64,000 bases of DNA. It comes from an endosymbiont of Galathealinum brachiosum (GTDB taxonomy: Bacteria; Pseudomonadota; Gammaproteobacteria; SZUA-229). Position numbers and translations under genes: made by a program. Within the stretch, counting starts at the first letter, position 1, and the number at the start of each line of letters is the position of its first letter. Positions 32,401-41,513 of this stretch are shown here, piece by piece. The stretch covers positions 269,125 through 333,124 of the forward strand of contig QFXC01000007.1 of NCBI GenBank assembly GCA_003349885.1, written 5' to 3'. The notes under the pieces were generated by a model that worked only from the letters and a program-made list of their open reading frames with translations, was not told the origin of the DNA and did no database searches.

Positions 32401-35004
32401 AAGATTTTTGGCTAAATGCCCGGCTAACTTAAGCCGTTGTGATTCACCACCACTTAACGTAGGCACAGACTGGCCCAATTGAACATAATGCAAACCAACA
32501 TCAACGAGTGGTTGTAGCGTTTTAATCACTTCCGGCTCATCCGCAAAAAATAACAGAGCTTCAGCAACCGTCATTGCCAGAATGTCTGCAATTGATTTTG
32601 CCTGCCTATCACCTTCAACTATTTCACCGAATAATTTAACCTGCAAAATTTCTGCACGATAACGCTTACCATCGCAATCCGGGCAACGAATGTACACATC
32701 ACTCAAAAACTGCATCTCAACCATTTCAAAACCATTACCAGAACAGGTTGGGCAGCGTCCATTACCCGAGTTAAAACTAAACGTTCCCGGTGTGTACTTA
32801 CGTTCTTTAGAGAGTGGTTCAGCAATAAACAGTTTACGTATCGCATCAAATGCACCCACATACGTTGCCGGTATCGAGCGTGTGGTTTTTCCAATAGGAC
32901 TTTGATCAACAAGAACAACATCATCAACTAACTGATGACCTTTAACTTTCTTACAGACTCCGGGTGTTTCAACTGTTTTACCTTTGTGTTTGCATAACCA
33001 GGGGTAAAGAACATCTCGCATTAATGTCGATTTACCAGAACCACTGACACCGGTAATACAAACCAGCTGATGTAAGGGTATATCCACATCAATATTTTTT
33101 AAATTATGTTCACTTGCACCTATAATTTGAATAACCTGATTCTGTAACTGTTTTTCATTTTCCCCTGCTGTTTTTTCAGCAGGCTTACTCACACTTTTTT
33201 TACCGCTTAAATACTGTGCAGTCAGTGATTTTTTATTTCGCAACAACTGTTTAGGGCTTCCATAAAAACAGATTTCACCCCCAAGTCTCCCGGGCCCCGG
33301 GCCAATATCTAAAATTCGATCTGCTGCCAACATCACCTGCGGGTCATGCTCAACCACTAATAAGGAATTTCCCGCATCTCGCAAACGATGCAACACGGTA
33401 ACCAGTCTATTGACATCACGAGGGTGTAAACCAATACTGGGCTCATCAAGAACAAACAGAGTATTAACAAGTGATGTACCCAGAGCCGTAGTGAGATTAA
33501 TGCGCTGCACCTCCCCTCCGCTCAAGGTGCGAGACTGACGATCTAAGGTTAAATAACCCAGACCCACTTCTAACAGATAATTTAAACGTGAACGCACTTC
33601 ACTCAATAATAACTGTGCCGCTTCATCAATCGCAGAGGGTAATTTAATCAACTTAAAAAACTCAGCACAATCACTCAACGGTAAATGCATAACATCATGC
33701 ACCGTCAGTCCTGGCAACTTCTCAATGTCTTTTTTAGATAAGTTCAAACCTTTAGGTGTTAATCGCCGATTAACATCGATGACTTTATTTGATAACTCAA
33801 GGCTACCCAGACGCCACCATAAAGCCGGTGCTTTTAATCTGGCACCATCGCAGGTACCACAGGGTGTATACGAACGATATTTTGAGAGCAACACACGAAT
33901 GTGCATTTTATAAGATTTACTTTCCAGCCATTTAAAAAATCGCTGAATACCAAACCATACGCCATCATCCCAGTCCCCCTCACCTTCGATTACCCAACGC
34001 TGCTGTTTTTTAGTGAGTTTTTTCCAGGGGATATCGATAGGTATTTTAGATTTTTTGGCAAACTTTATAAGCTCATCCTGAACTTCAATATAACTTGGTG
34101 TCTGAATTGGTTTTACCGCACCCTCTTTTAATGATTTTGATTCATCCGGAATAACCAGACCATAATCAACACCAATAATTCGCCCAAAGCCCTTACAGCT
34201 TTCACAGGCACCGATGGGGGAATTAAATGAAAACAGACTCGGGCTGGGTTCACCATAATCAATATCACAATCAGGACAATGATGATGACTTGAAAAACGC
34301 AGCGCTTTACCGGCTTTTTTATTTTCATCTAACGGAAATACATGCACCCGTCCATTTGCATGATTTAGAGACGCTTCAACGGCTTCTGTTAACCTGCCTT
34401 TATTTTCTTCATTAAGCTTGAAACGATCCTGAATAACCTCTAATAAACTTCCATCTCGTTTATGTATACGGGTATAACCCTGTTGATTTAATAAACCTAC
34501 GATTTCATCTTCAGTGAAGTTGTGGGGTATTTTCACCGGCAAACAAACCATTACCCTCTGGTTATCAGCCATCACCGCATACAAGCTTTCTACAATGCTC
34601 TGAGATGAATCACAGAGCACTTCACGACCACACCCTGAACAATACAACTGAGCCATACGGGCAAATAGCAGTTTTAAGTAATCATTTAACTCTGTCATTG
34701 TGCCAACAGTCGAACGGGATGTGCGAACCGGATTAGTCTGATCAATCGCTATCGCAGGAGGTATGCCCTGAATACTGTCTACAGATGGCTTGTCCATACG
34801 ATCGAGAAACTGACGTGCATACGCTGAAAAGGTCTCTACATAACGTCTCTGACCTTCTGCATAAATCGTATCAAATGCCAGAGTTGATTTACCTGAGCCA
34901 CTCACCCCTGTCACCACGATAAGCTCGTTAGTGGGCAATTCAAGATCGAGGTTTTTCAGGTTATTCTGGCGAGCGCCTTTAACAATGATAGATTCTTTGC
35001 TCAT
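29407..35004 (-). CDS. uvrA: Double-length UvrA (two fused UvrA units, four ABC ATPase domains)
   Basis: 1865 aa; four GVSGSGKST Walker A, four TLSGGE signatures, duplicated EGQRRY and zinc-finger CxxC motifs. Confidence 0.95.
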   Translation of the reverse strand: MSKESIIVKGARQNNLKNLDLELPTNELIVVTGVSGSGKSTLAFDTIYAEGQRRYVETFSAYARQFLDRMDKPSVDSIQGIPPAIAIDQTNPVRTSRSTVGTMTELNDYLKLLFARMAQLYCSGCGREVLCDSSQSIVESLYAVMADNQRVMVCLPVKIPHNFTEDEIVGLLNQQGYTRIHKRDGSLLEVIQDRFKLNEENKGRLTEAVEASLNHANGRVHVFPLDENKKAGKALRFSSHHHCPDCDIDYGEPSPSLFSFNSPIGACESCKGFGRIIGVDYGLVIPDESKSLKEGAVKPIQTPSYIEVQDELIKFAKKSKIPIDIPWKKLTKKQQRWVIEGEGDWDDGVWFGIQRFFKWLESKSYKMHIRVLLSKYRSYTPCGTCDGARLKAPALWWRLGSLELSNKVIDVNRRLTPKGLNLSKKDIEKLPGLTVHDVMHLPLSDCAEFFKLIKLPSAIDEAAQLLLSEVRSRLNYLLEVGLGYLTLDRQSRTLSGGEVQRINLTTALGTSLVNTLFVLDEPSIGLHPRDVNRLVTVLHRLRDAGNSLLVVEHDPQVMLAADRILDIGPGPGRLGGEICFYGSPKQLLRNKKSLTAQYLSGKKSVSKPAEKTAGENEKQLQNQVIQIIGASEHNLKNIDVDIPLHQLVCITGVSGSGKSTLMRDVLYPWLCKHKGKTVETPGVCKKVKGHQLVDDVVLVDQSPIGKTTRSIPATYVGAFDAIRKLFIAEPLSKERKYTPGTFSFNSGNGRCPTCSGNGFEMVEMQFLSDVYIRCPDCDGKRYRAEILQVKLFGEIVEGDRQAKSIADILAMTVAEALLFFADEPEVIKTLQPLVDVGLHYVQLGQSVPTLSGGESQRLKLAGHLAKNLNKKKQTGKKSKLKKTVKGTLFLFDEPTTGLHFDDISTLMKAFQQLIDAGNSLLVIEHNLDVIRSADWLIDIGPEGGDGGGQLVTQGYPQQIAVQGDSYTSVALREYEASFNLSKTELIKALPVNTRETKVNQSIQIHHARENNLKNVDIEIPRNKFTVISGVSGSGKSTVAFDIVFGEGQRRYLESLNAYARQFVQPASRPDVDAIHGIPPTVAIEQRTSRGGRKSTVATLTEIYHFMRLLYVKLGTQYCPECEVAIEPQSLDAILAMVQKDYRGREVTLLAPMVVARKGIYNELAKWASTKGYQQLRVDGEYVSTSDWPKLARYKEHDIELPIGKLKIAANKEKECADLLQQALDVGNGIVIVEPLKATKKQVGERLFSTERACPSCGKGFDELDPRLFSYNSKHGWCDSCYGTGETIKDFDEEQTGEEGAWLENEDDVSTQCKTCDGQRLNETALAVRFRKMSIAQLAAMSVDDSEKWFSKLKLTQKEQIIARDLLQEMSGRLSFLQRVGLNYLTLDRSAPTLSGGEAQRIRLASQLGSNLQGVCYILDEPTIGLHARDNQRLIKTLRQIQQQGNTVLVVEHDEDTIREADYLIDMGPGAGIEGGEVVAHGTLKQMIKNKKSLTGQFISSPLRHPMNDLRDNEKRSLLEAEKIKIVGAVQNNLTNIEVVIPLRKLVSVSGVSGSGKSTLIRSVLHGNLKTAINNQRSKAGRNKKISWQGCKEIKGWESIQRILEVDQTPIGKTPRSCPATYIGIWDTIRKLFSDTVDARLKGFKPGRFSFNAGDGRCDACGGHGMRKVEMNFLPDVRVECEVCHGWRFNDETLSVRYKDKHIGEVLGMNVKTATEYFSAIPKLHHALQLLQDVGLGYLTLGQQSPTLSGGEAQRIKLVAELAKANTSPTAKIRQHNLYILDEPTVGLHMADVEKLLRVLHRLVDAGNSVIVIEHNLDVIAESDWVIDMGPEGGKYGGKVVAQGKPEIICKRKKSHTGVYLKELIN

Positions 35005-35152
35005 AAATACTCTGTGATAAGGTGTGAATTAACCAGCAGATAAATATACGGGATATTCACCAACTTTCATATATGAAAAAGTTGAATGATATCGTCAAAC
35101 TAGTGACGTCGTACAGCCAGTAACTAAATCCCCCATAAAACAGATGTCTTTA

Positions 35153-35226
35153 TGTAGGCACTCCTTTAGGACACAATCAATACGCATAAATAACAATGAT
35201 ATTGCTCACCTAAAGAAACACCTACA
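35153..35226. repeat. Degenerate inverted REP doublet (REPIN-like)
   Basis: TGTAGGCACTCCTTTAGGACACAAT ... ATTGCTCACCTAAAGAAACACCTACA (reverse complement TGTAGGTGTTTCTTTAGGTGAGCAAT). Confidence 0.55.
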
Positions 35227-35364
35227 ATATACCGCATCCAGAATAAATCGATACAGTGAACAGTTATTGCTATTATTAGTGTATATTTATCTCTGATCAC
35301 AGATAAGTTCAATGAGGCACTGAAACAATTGACTAAAAAATAAAAAAGGCAATAAGCAGGCTCT

Positions 35365-36129
35365 ATGAACTTAAATAAAAAAGAACAGATATGTCAATTA
35401 TTGAAAGGTATAGAAACCGGTGACCCATCAGCGGTAGCTATAGTCAATGAAGATAAGTATATACAGCACAATCCACAAACGCATGAAGGCAGTGAAGGAC
35501 TAGCAGTACTTTTTAAGCGTCTATCTGAAACATCGCCTAAAGTAAATATTGTGCGCATTTTTGAAGATAATGATTTTATTTTCGGTCACACAGAGTATGA
35601 CTTTGCAACTCGGAATATAGGTTTTGAAATATTTCGATTTGAAGACGGCCAGGCAGTTGAACACTGGGATAATATCCAGAAAAGACAAGGACCTAATAGC
35701 TCTGGAAACACTATGGTCGATGGCATAACAGAAGCCACAGATCATGAGTTAACAGAAATTAACCGAACAATAATTATATCTTTTACTGATGATGTGCTTA
35801 TTCATAAACACATTATTCAACTGGGTGATTATATAAACCAGAAGCACTATACTGAGCATAGTCCACACCTTGGCAACGATCTGACCGAACTACGTATGGC
35901 CTTATCCCAATCCAATTCTAGTTGTTTTTCAATCAGTTATGAGAAATGCCATCGTATATTAGCTGAAGGCAATTTTGTTCTGAGCGTTTGTGAAGGTAAT
36001 GTTAATAAAATTTCATCATCTTTCTTTGACCTATACCGCTTAGAGAACAGAAAAATTGTAGAGCATTGGGGCACGATAGAAAAAATTCCAACTCGTAGCG
36101 AATGGAAAAATAACAACGGCAAGTTCTAA
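35365..36129 (+). CDS. Tandem SnoaL/NTF2-like domain protein
   Basis: YIQHNP, FEIFRFEDGQAVEHWDN, repeated as YTEHSP and FDLYRLENRKIVEHWG. Confidence 0.8.
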   Translation: MNLNKKEQICQLLKGIETGDPSAVAIVNEDKYIQHNPQTHEGSEGLAVLFKRLSETSPKVNIVRIFEDNDFIFGHTEYDFATRNIGFEIFRFEDGQAVEHWDNIQKRQGPNSSGNTMVDGITEATDHELTEINRTIIISFTDDVLIHKHIIQLGDYINQKHYTEHSPHLGNDLTELRMALSQSNSSCFSISYEKCHRILAEGNFVLSVCEGNVNKISSSFFDLYRLENRKIVEHWGTIEKIPTRSEWKNNNGKF

Positions 36130-36178
36130 GCAACCATTATCGTAAAAAACTTGAGTAATAAATATAAGGAGCGGCTTA

Positions 36179-36541
36179 ATGATTAAATTTATTATGTGTA
36201 TTACACGTCACCCTGACATGTCACGCGAAGAATTTAAAGAGTACTGGATGAATAAACATGGCCCTTTCTTCATGGATAACGCAGAAGCAATGGGTGCAAA
36301 AAAATATGTGCAATCACACACTCTAAATACACCTTTGAATGAAGGTTTAAGAACCTCAAGAGGGATGTTACCTGAGTATGACGGTGTTGCTGAAGTCTGG
36401 TTCGAATCAGAACAGGCGCTTATGGATGGAATGAACTCTCCTGAAGGCCAGAAACTTGGTGTAGCATTAATGAAAGATGAAGGTAATTTTATCGATCATA
36501 CAAAATCTTCTGCTTTCATTGTTGAAGAACACGAATTCTAA
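36179..36541 (+). CDS. EthD-domain protein
   Basis: MSREEFKEYWMNKHGP, YVQSHT, YDGVAEVWFES, DEGNFID. Confidence 0.88.
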   Translation: MIKFIMCITRHPDMSREEFKEYWMNKHGPFFMDNAEAMGAKKYVQSHTLNTPLNEGLRTSRGMLPEYDGVAEVWFESEQALMDGMNSPEGQKLGVALMKDEGNFIDHTKSSAFIVEEHEF

Positions 36542-36624
36542 ATGGCTAACATGATAAAATTTATGCTCGAGAAAAGTCATTTCGAACATTAGAGAATTTT
36601 TATCATTATTGACACAGTTAAAAA

Positions 36625-37047
36625 ATGAAAATTTTTATTAAACAATTAATAATCCCTGTCACATTATTTCTTTTCTCATTTTCAACCATGAGCGCAGATA
36701 GTGTCGTGCAACAATGGAAGCAGGGATTGAACGGAGCAAAGTTAACATCTTACACTGGCTCAGTTATTAGCTCTAATAGCACACTAACAGTAATAAAATT
36801 TTGCAAAAATGGCCGATATAGCTACAACAAGGAAGGAAGCTGGTCTGTTCCCGGCACTGCTGGAGGAGCTTCGAATAACACTATAAACGGGGTTTGGGAT
36901 ATTCAACATAATGCAAAACACGTCGTATTGGTATATACAACTGACAAAAAAGAACAGGGATTTTTTCCTATCTACTTACAGAGCAATGGACGGGTAAATA
37001 TTGGCGGTACTGCTTACGCTATTCAAAAAAATCAGGCTGGATGTTAG
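36625..37047 (+). CDS. Exported hypothetical protein
   Basis: Signal peptide, beta-rich 140-aa ORF with two Cys. Confidence 0.7.
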   Translation: MKIFIKQLIIPVTLFLFSFSTMSADSVVQQWKQGLNGAKLTSYTGSVISSNSTLTVIKFCKNGRYSYNKEGSWSVPGTAGGASNNTINGVWDIQHNAKHVVLVYTTDKKEQGFFPIYLQSNGRVNIGGTAYAIQKNQAGC

Positions 37048-37212
37048 AATATTTTCTATGTGTAATAAATATGCAGCATCTAACAGATTAATGTAGAGAG
37101 CGGGGATTTATTAAAACAAACTGTGCCAGAGAACAATTATTATTAGAGGACTATTGATCTCTACTCCAACTAAATCCACAGTTTAATTTTATTTAAAATT
37201 TAATAGTTAATA

Positions 37213-37581
37213 TCAGTCATTTCTCTCAACCCAGTCATATGCCTTACTTAAGTCTTCAAATATCTCTACTTCCCAATTCGAACCTTTAAAAAATGATGTG
37301 AAATATTTAGCCCTTTGATTCTTTACATCATTGATTATGATGGCTGTTTTGATATAAGGGTTAGATAAAGCAGCAGCTTTATGCATGCAGGCTACAGTGG
37401 CAATTTCATTTGCGTCCATTTGAATAGTTACAACATCAGAAAAATCAACTAACTTATAACTTATTTCATCAAATCGTGAATCACTGTAAATACTAACTGA
37501 TGCGTCTATAACTTCTTTACCTGTAACATCCCCATGATATTTCCAGTAGACACCCTCAGATTCCCATATTAATTTATGCAT
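37213..37581 (-). CDS. Hypothetical protein (possibly SpoIIAA/STAS-SEC14-like fold) downstream of c-di-GMP riboswitch
   Basis: AGGA RBS before ATG 37581; YHGDVT, LVDFSDV, IKTAII, IFEDLSKAYDWV pattern. Confidence 0.7.
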   Translation of the reverse strand: MHKLIWESEGVYWKYHGDVTGKEVIDASVSIYSDSRFDEISYKLVDFSDVVTIQMDANEIATVACMHKAAALSNPYIKTAIIINDVKNQRAKYFTSFFKGSNWEVEIFEDLSKAYDWVERND

Positions 37582-37704
37582 TAATTTTTCCTGCTTTATA
37601 TGAATGAAAATATCAGTTAACACTTTATTATATTTGAAGTCAGTCTGGAATTTTATAAATCGTAAACTGAGAATGCATGACTCTTACTCGCATAATGATA
37701 TGCG

Positions 37705-37790
37705 ATGCAGCAACCCCACTATCCTAGATTTTCATCCTTAGACTGGTGGCTTTACGCCCTTGTCTTTCGAACAAGTTTGCCAAAAATTGA
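37705..37790 (-). ncRNA. Cyclic di-GMP-I (GEMM) riboswitch
   Basis: Minus strand GGCAAAC-TTGTTC-GAAA-GACAAG-GGCGTAAAG-CCACCAGTCTAAG...GATAGTGGGGTTGC: GNRA-capped P2, GCAAA/AAAG junction, P3 with CUAA receptor. Confidence 0.85.
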
Positions 37791-37960
37791 TTTATACTTA
37801 TATCCTGTATTTAAGTCAAGAGGTTTTAAAAAAACATTGACAATAACGCCCTTCCACTCACCCGAATGAAGGATAAAGCAGCATTGAAAAACAACTAATA
37901 CAGGATTATTTTTCTCTTTAATTCTAAATTATTTCAAATGAAACCATAAATGAATATGAT

Positions 37961-39394
37961 TTAAGGTTCTACATCCATACCGTCATTATTAGAGTTATAC
38001 AGTACTCCGATAGCGACAAACTCTTCTATATTTGATATTAAAATATCCACAAGATCTGGATCAAAATGGGAACCACTTTCTTTTTCTACCCATGATATAA
38101 CATCATCCAATGGCCATGCTTTTTTATAATGTCGCTCTGATAACAGTGCATCATAAACATCAGCCAAAGCCACAATTCTTCCATATACGTGTATATCATT
38201 TTGCCTTAACCCCCAGGGATACCCACTACCATTCCATTTTTCATGGTGCTGATGCGCTATTATGGCTGCTGCTTTTAGTATGTCGCGTTTCGAATGTGAA
38301 AGCATCGAATAGCCAATGGCAGGATGGTTCTGCATGGTTTCAAATTCTTCAGTTGTTAACTTGCCCGGCTTAAAAAGTATTGAATCAGGAATTCCCAGTT
38401 TACCTATATCATGCAAAGGTGCAGCTGAAGCAATTAATTCTACATCTCTATTCGACAGACCTAATTTAGTTGCTAATAATTTACTGTATTCCGTTACTCG
38501 TCGAGTATGATTTTTTGCTTCTTTTGAACGCTGCTCTTCAATTACACCCATGGTAAAAACTGTTTCTCTTAAGGTGTCTTCAATTTCATTATTAAGCTCT
38601 AACAAATTAAAATTGAGCTGTTTAAGCATGTCCTGATTAGCAATAATATCTTTATTGAAATGATTTATTTCTTTTGCAACGTTTTCAAACTCAACCGTTG
38701 TAAATGTTTCTGAGTTGACCGGCTCATGTGTTACATAAGCATCTTTTGCTTTTACGATGAGGTTTTCAAGAGGATCTTTTATGTAAACCTGAACCGTTCT
38801 TAATGTATTAATAGCGATTAATAATATAATGGTTAATGAAGCTACCAGCAGCACCATTAATAACCATGAAGCCATACTGCGGTACTTGGTAATATCTAAT
38901 GTGATATCAACAGCACCCAATACAGTACCTTCAGAAACCTGATGACAATCAAGGCAGTTAAGTCTCCCCTGATTTGTAGCTATGTAAGGCATAACAGCAC
39001 GAATTGAAGGTATTATGCCGAAATCATCTATTATGAATTCCGGCTGTTTTGTCTCAAATACTTTTTTGACTATCTCACCTGCCTCTTTTTCGAGCTGACT
39101 AACACCAAATTGCCTGTTAACAGCAGGCGCCCGAATTATTTCAATCTCACTGATATCATGCACTGTTTTTATTTCATTTAAAAAGAAACTTCTTTTATCC
39201 ATAACATCTGCTTTCATATGGGCCGTTAAACCTGCTTTTATAATATCTGCAATGGATGTTGCTTCATTTTTAACAATATTATGAGAAAGCATTCTGAAAT
39301 TAAATGCAATAACAACAGACATCACAACAGCTGCCAACAATAGAAATGACAATAATCGACTTAAGGTAATGGTCTTAATGCTGGGTTTTATCAT
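37961..39394 (-). CDS. Membrane HD-GYP phosphodiesterase with periplasmic heme-c (CxxCH) sensor
   Basis: Two TMs around NCLDCHQV; NHTRRV, PLHDIGK, HHEKWNGSGYP, ADVYDAL, HFDP. Confidence 0.92.
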   Translation of the reverse strand: MIKPSIKTITLSRLLSFLLLAAVVMSVVIAFNFRMLSHNIVKNEATSIADIIKAGLTAHMKADVMDKRSFFLNEIKTVHDISEIEIIRAPAVNRQFGVSQLEKEAGEIVKKVFETKQPEFIIDDFGIIPSIRAVMPYIATNQGRLNCLDCHQVSEGTVLGAVDITLDITKYRSMASWLLMVLLVASLTIILLIAINTLRTVQVYIKDPLENLIVKAKDAYVTHEPVNSETFTTVEFENVAKEINHFNKDIIANQDMLKQLNFNLLELNNEIEDTLRETVFTMGVIEEQRSKEAKNHTRRVTEYSKLLATKLGLSNRDVELIASAAPLHDIGKLGIPDSILFKPGKLTTEEFETMQNHPAIGYSMLSHSKRDILKAAAIIAHQHHEKWNGSGYPWGLRQNDIHVYGRIVALADVYDALLSERHYKKAWPLDDVISWVEKESGSHFDPDLVDILISNIEEFVAIGVLYNSNNDGMDVEP

Positions 39395-39752
39395 AATGAG
39401 TTTTATTTAGTCTGATCCCTATACCTTATAGCTGCTTCTTTAGACATATCAAGATCATTAACGAGCTTAAAACACTCTATATTAAGCTATATCAACTATT
39501 TATAGATAACCGGATCGTAACTGGCAAATCAACCGACCTAACTCATTGAAAAATCATATTCTAAGCAAAAAAGAGATAAACAAGCTATAACACCATATAA
39601 GCAGAAGTTATGATTATTAGATATCTCAGCTCTCCTTAAGTATACAGTTACACCTGAACAACGTTCCGAATAAAACAGGTGTATTTGAGTATTTAAAAAA
39701 TATAAATCCAGACCAGATCTTTGTAGTCACCAATAATGAGATGTAACTATTA

Positions 39753-41411
39753 ATGAAGTTATTTTTATGTTTTATACTTGTTTGTATAATCCACCCCGTT
39801 CAAGCATCACAAACACCTTTAGATTTATCAACCCCTCAACATAACATTGGACAATCAATGATCGTGTATGAGGATATTGATGCCGGGATGAATTTTGAGC
39901 AAATACGTTTATTAACTAATGATGATTTCTATAGATTAAAACAAAGCATCTTTAGCACTCCTTTTAGCCAGTCAGCCTACTGGTTTAAGCTCTCTTTAAA
40001 TAATACAGAAACATCTGCAGTTACGCGTCTGATTGTTTTTGAGCCACCCTGGCTTGATCATATCAATATAAGCATCATTTCACCTGGCGGCAATATCAAA
40101 CAGATTGAACTGGGAAATACATTTAATTATGAGAAAAGAGGAATAGACCATTCTTTAATTAATTTTAAACACATGTTCGAACCCGGTGAATCTATTGTTT
40201 TCATGCAGGTTAAAACACGGGATCCTTTTGTATTTGCTGTTTCCATACTTGCAGAGCGTGATTTTCTATTCGAACAGATGCGGGAATCTAAAAAAACTGG
40301 ATTTTTATATGGTGTAATGATCGCCCTGCTTTTATACAATTTATTTCTATATATTGGAATTAAAGAAAACTATTATTCTTATTATGTGCTTTTCGTAAGT
40401 GCTTTTTTAATCATGAACGCTTCATACAATGGTTATACTTTTAAGCTATTATTTTCACAAATCCCAGTATTGCAAACCTGGATTCAGAGTTTTTCTATTA
40501 TTCTATTTTCACTAACTGGCTTATTATTTGCTCAATCATTTCTAAATCTAAAAAAATTCCATCCTCAACTTAATACGTTAACTAAAAACATAATTATAGG
40601 CTACGCAGTTGTAGCTGTATTTTCTGCTGTTTTAAGCGGTTACACCTTAAATGTTATTATTGCTGTTTCATTCGCTGGTTTTATCAGTGCTTATATTTTT
40701 TCTATTGCTCTGTATTCATGGAAAAGTGGAAACAGATCTGCACGTTTTTTCATAATGGGATCAGCCAGCGGATTAATAGGTACTATAGTCACTTCTAGTA
40801 GCGTAATGGGAATAATTCCATTTAGCTACATTACCTATAAAGCACTCGATTTCGGCATGTTAATTGACGCCGTATTTTTATCACTAGCTTTAGCTGATCG
40901 TGTAAGAATAACAAATAATGATAAATTAAAAGCCGAGCAGGCGTCTCTCACTGATGTGTTAACCGGCCTGAAAAATCGTCGCTCTTACTATGAAACACGA
41001 ACACAGGAATTACATCGAATTGCCCGATACAAAAACAAACTTTCCATGATTACCCTGGATGTAGATCAGTTTAAACACTTTAATGATAATTTTGGACATG
41101 ATGTAGGTGATCAGGTTTTAAAACATCTGGCAACAATTCTGGAAAAATCTAAACGTCAGGATGACTATGTATTCAGAATGGGTGGTGACGAGTTTTTACT
41201 CTTATTACCCGAGACAGATAAAGAAGAAGCTTCTCAACTAGCGGAACGAATAGCGACTACACTTGAAAATGAACGCTTAATTATAAATGACACCATACAC
41301 AGAGTACATATATCCTCAGGCGTCGCTGAATTTTTACCCGATGACACCTCTATGAAAAGCGTAGAAAAAAGAGCCGATATTGCTCTGTATGAAGCAAAAG
41401 AAAGCACCTAA
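39753..41411 (+). CDS. 7TM-DISM sensor diguanylate cyclase
   Basis: SAYWFKL, PWLDHI periplasmic domain, 7TM region (LLLYNLFLY, LSLALADR), DVLTGLKNRR, NDNFGHDVGD, RQDD I-site, MGGDEF. Confidence 0.92.
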   Translation: MKLFLCFILVCIIHPVQASQTPLDLSTPQHNIGQSMIVYEDIDAGMNFEQIRLLTNDDFYRLKQSIFSTPFSQSAYWFKLSLNNTETSAVTRLIVFEPPWLDHINISIISPGGNIKQIELGNTFNYEKRGIDHSLINFKHMFEPGESIVFMQVKTRDPFVFAVSILAERDFLFEQMRESKKTGFLYGVMIALLLYNLFLYIGIKENYYSYYVLFVSAFLIMNASYNGYTFKLLFSQIPVLQTWIQSFSIILFSLTGLLFAQSFLNLKKFHPQLNTLTKNIIIGYAVVAVFSAVLSGYTLNVIIAVSFAGFISAYIFSIALYSWKSGNRSARFFIMGSASGLIGTIVTSSSVMGIIPFSYITYKALDFGMLIDAVFLSLALADRVRITNNDKLKAEQASLTDVLTGLKNRRSYYETRTQELHRIARYKNKLSMITLDVDQFKHFNDNFGHDVGDQVLKHLATILEKSKRQDDYVFRMGGDEFLLLLPETDKEEASQLAERIATTLENERLIINDTIHRVHISSGVAEFLPDDTSMKSVEKRADIALYEAKEST

Positions 41412-41513
41412 TAACTAAACAACACCTTAATTATATTTTTAAGATTATTTTTTATACGCTGCCTTATTACAGTGTATTTATCACACGTTACAAACATACA
41501 GCCACCGGGTAAC

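Noticed and set aside
35365..37100. Integron cassette array (short same-strand genes, CTAAC/GTTAG words at 36547 and 37043-37085)
   Set aside because: No convincing paired R''/R' and L boxes, and no intI
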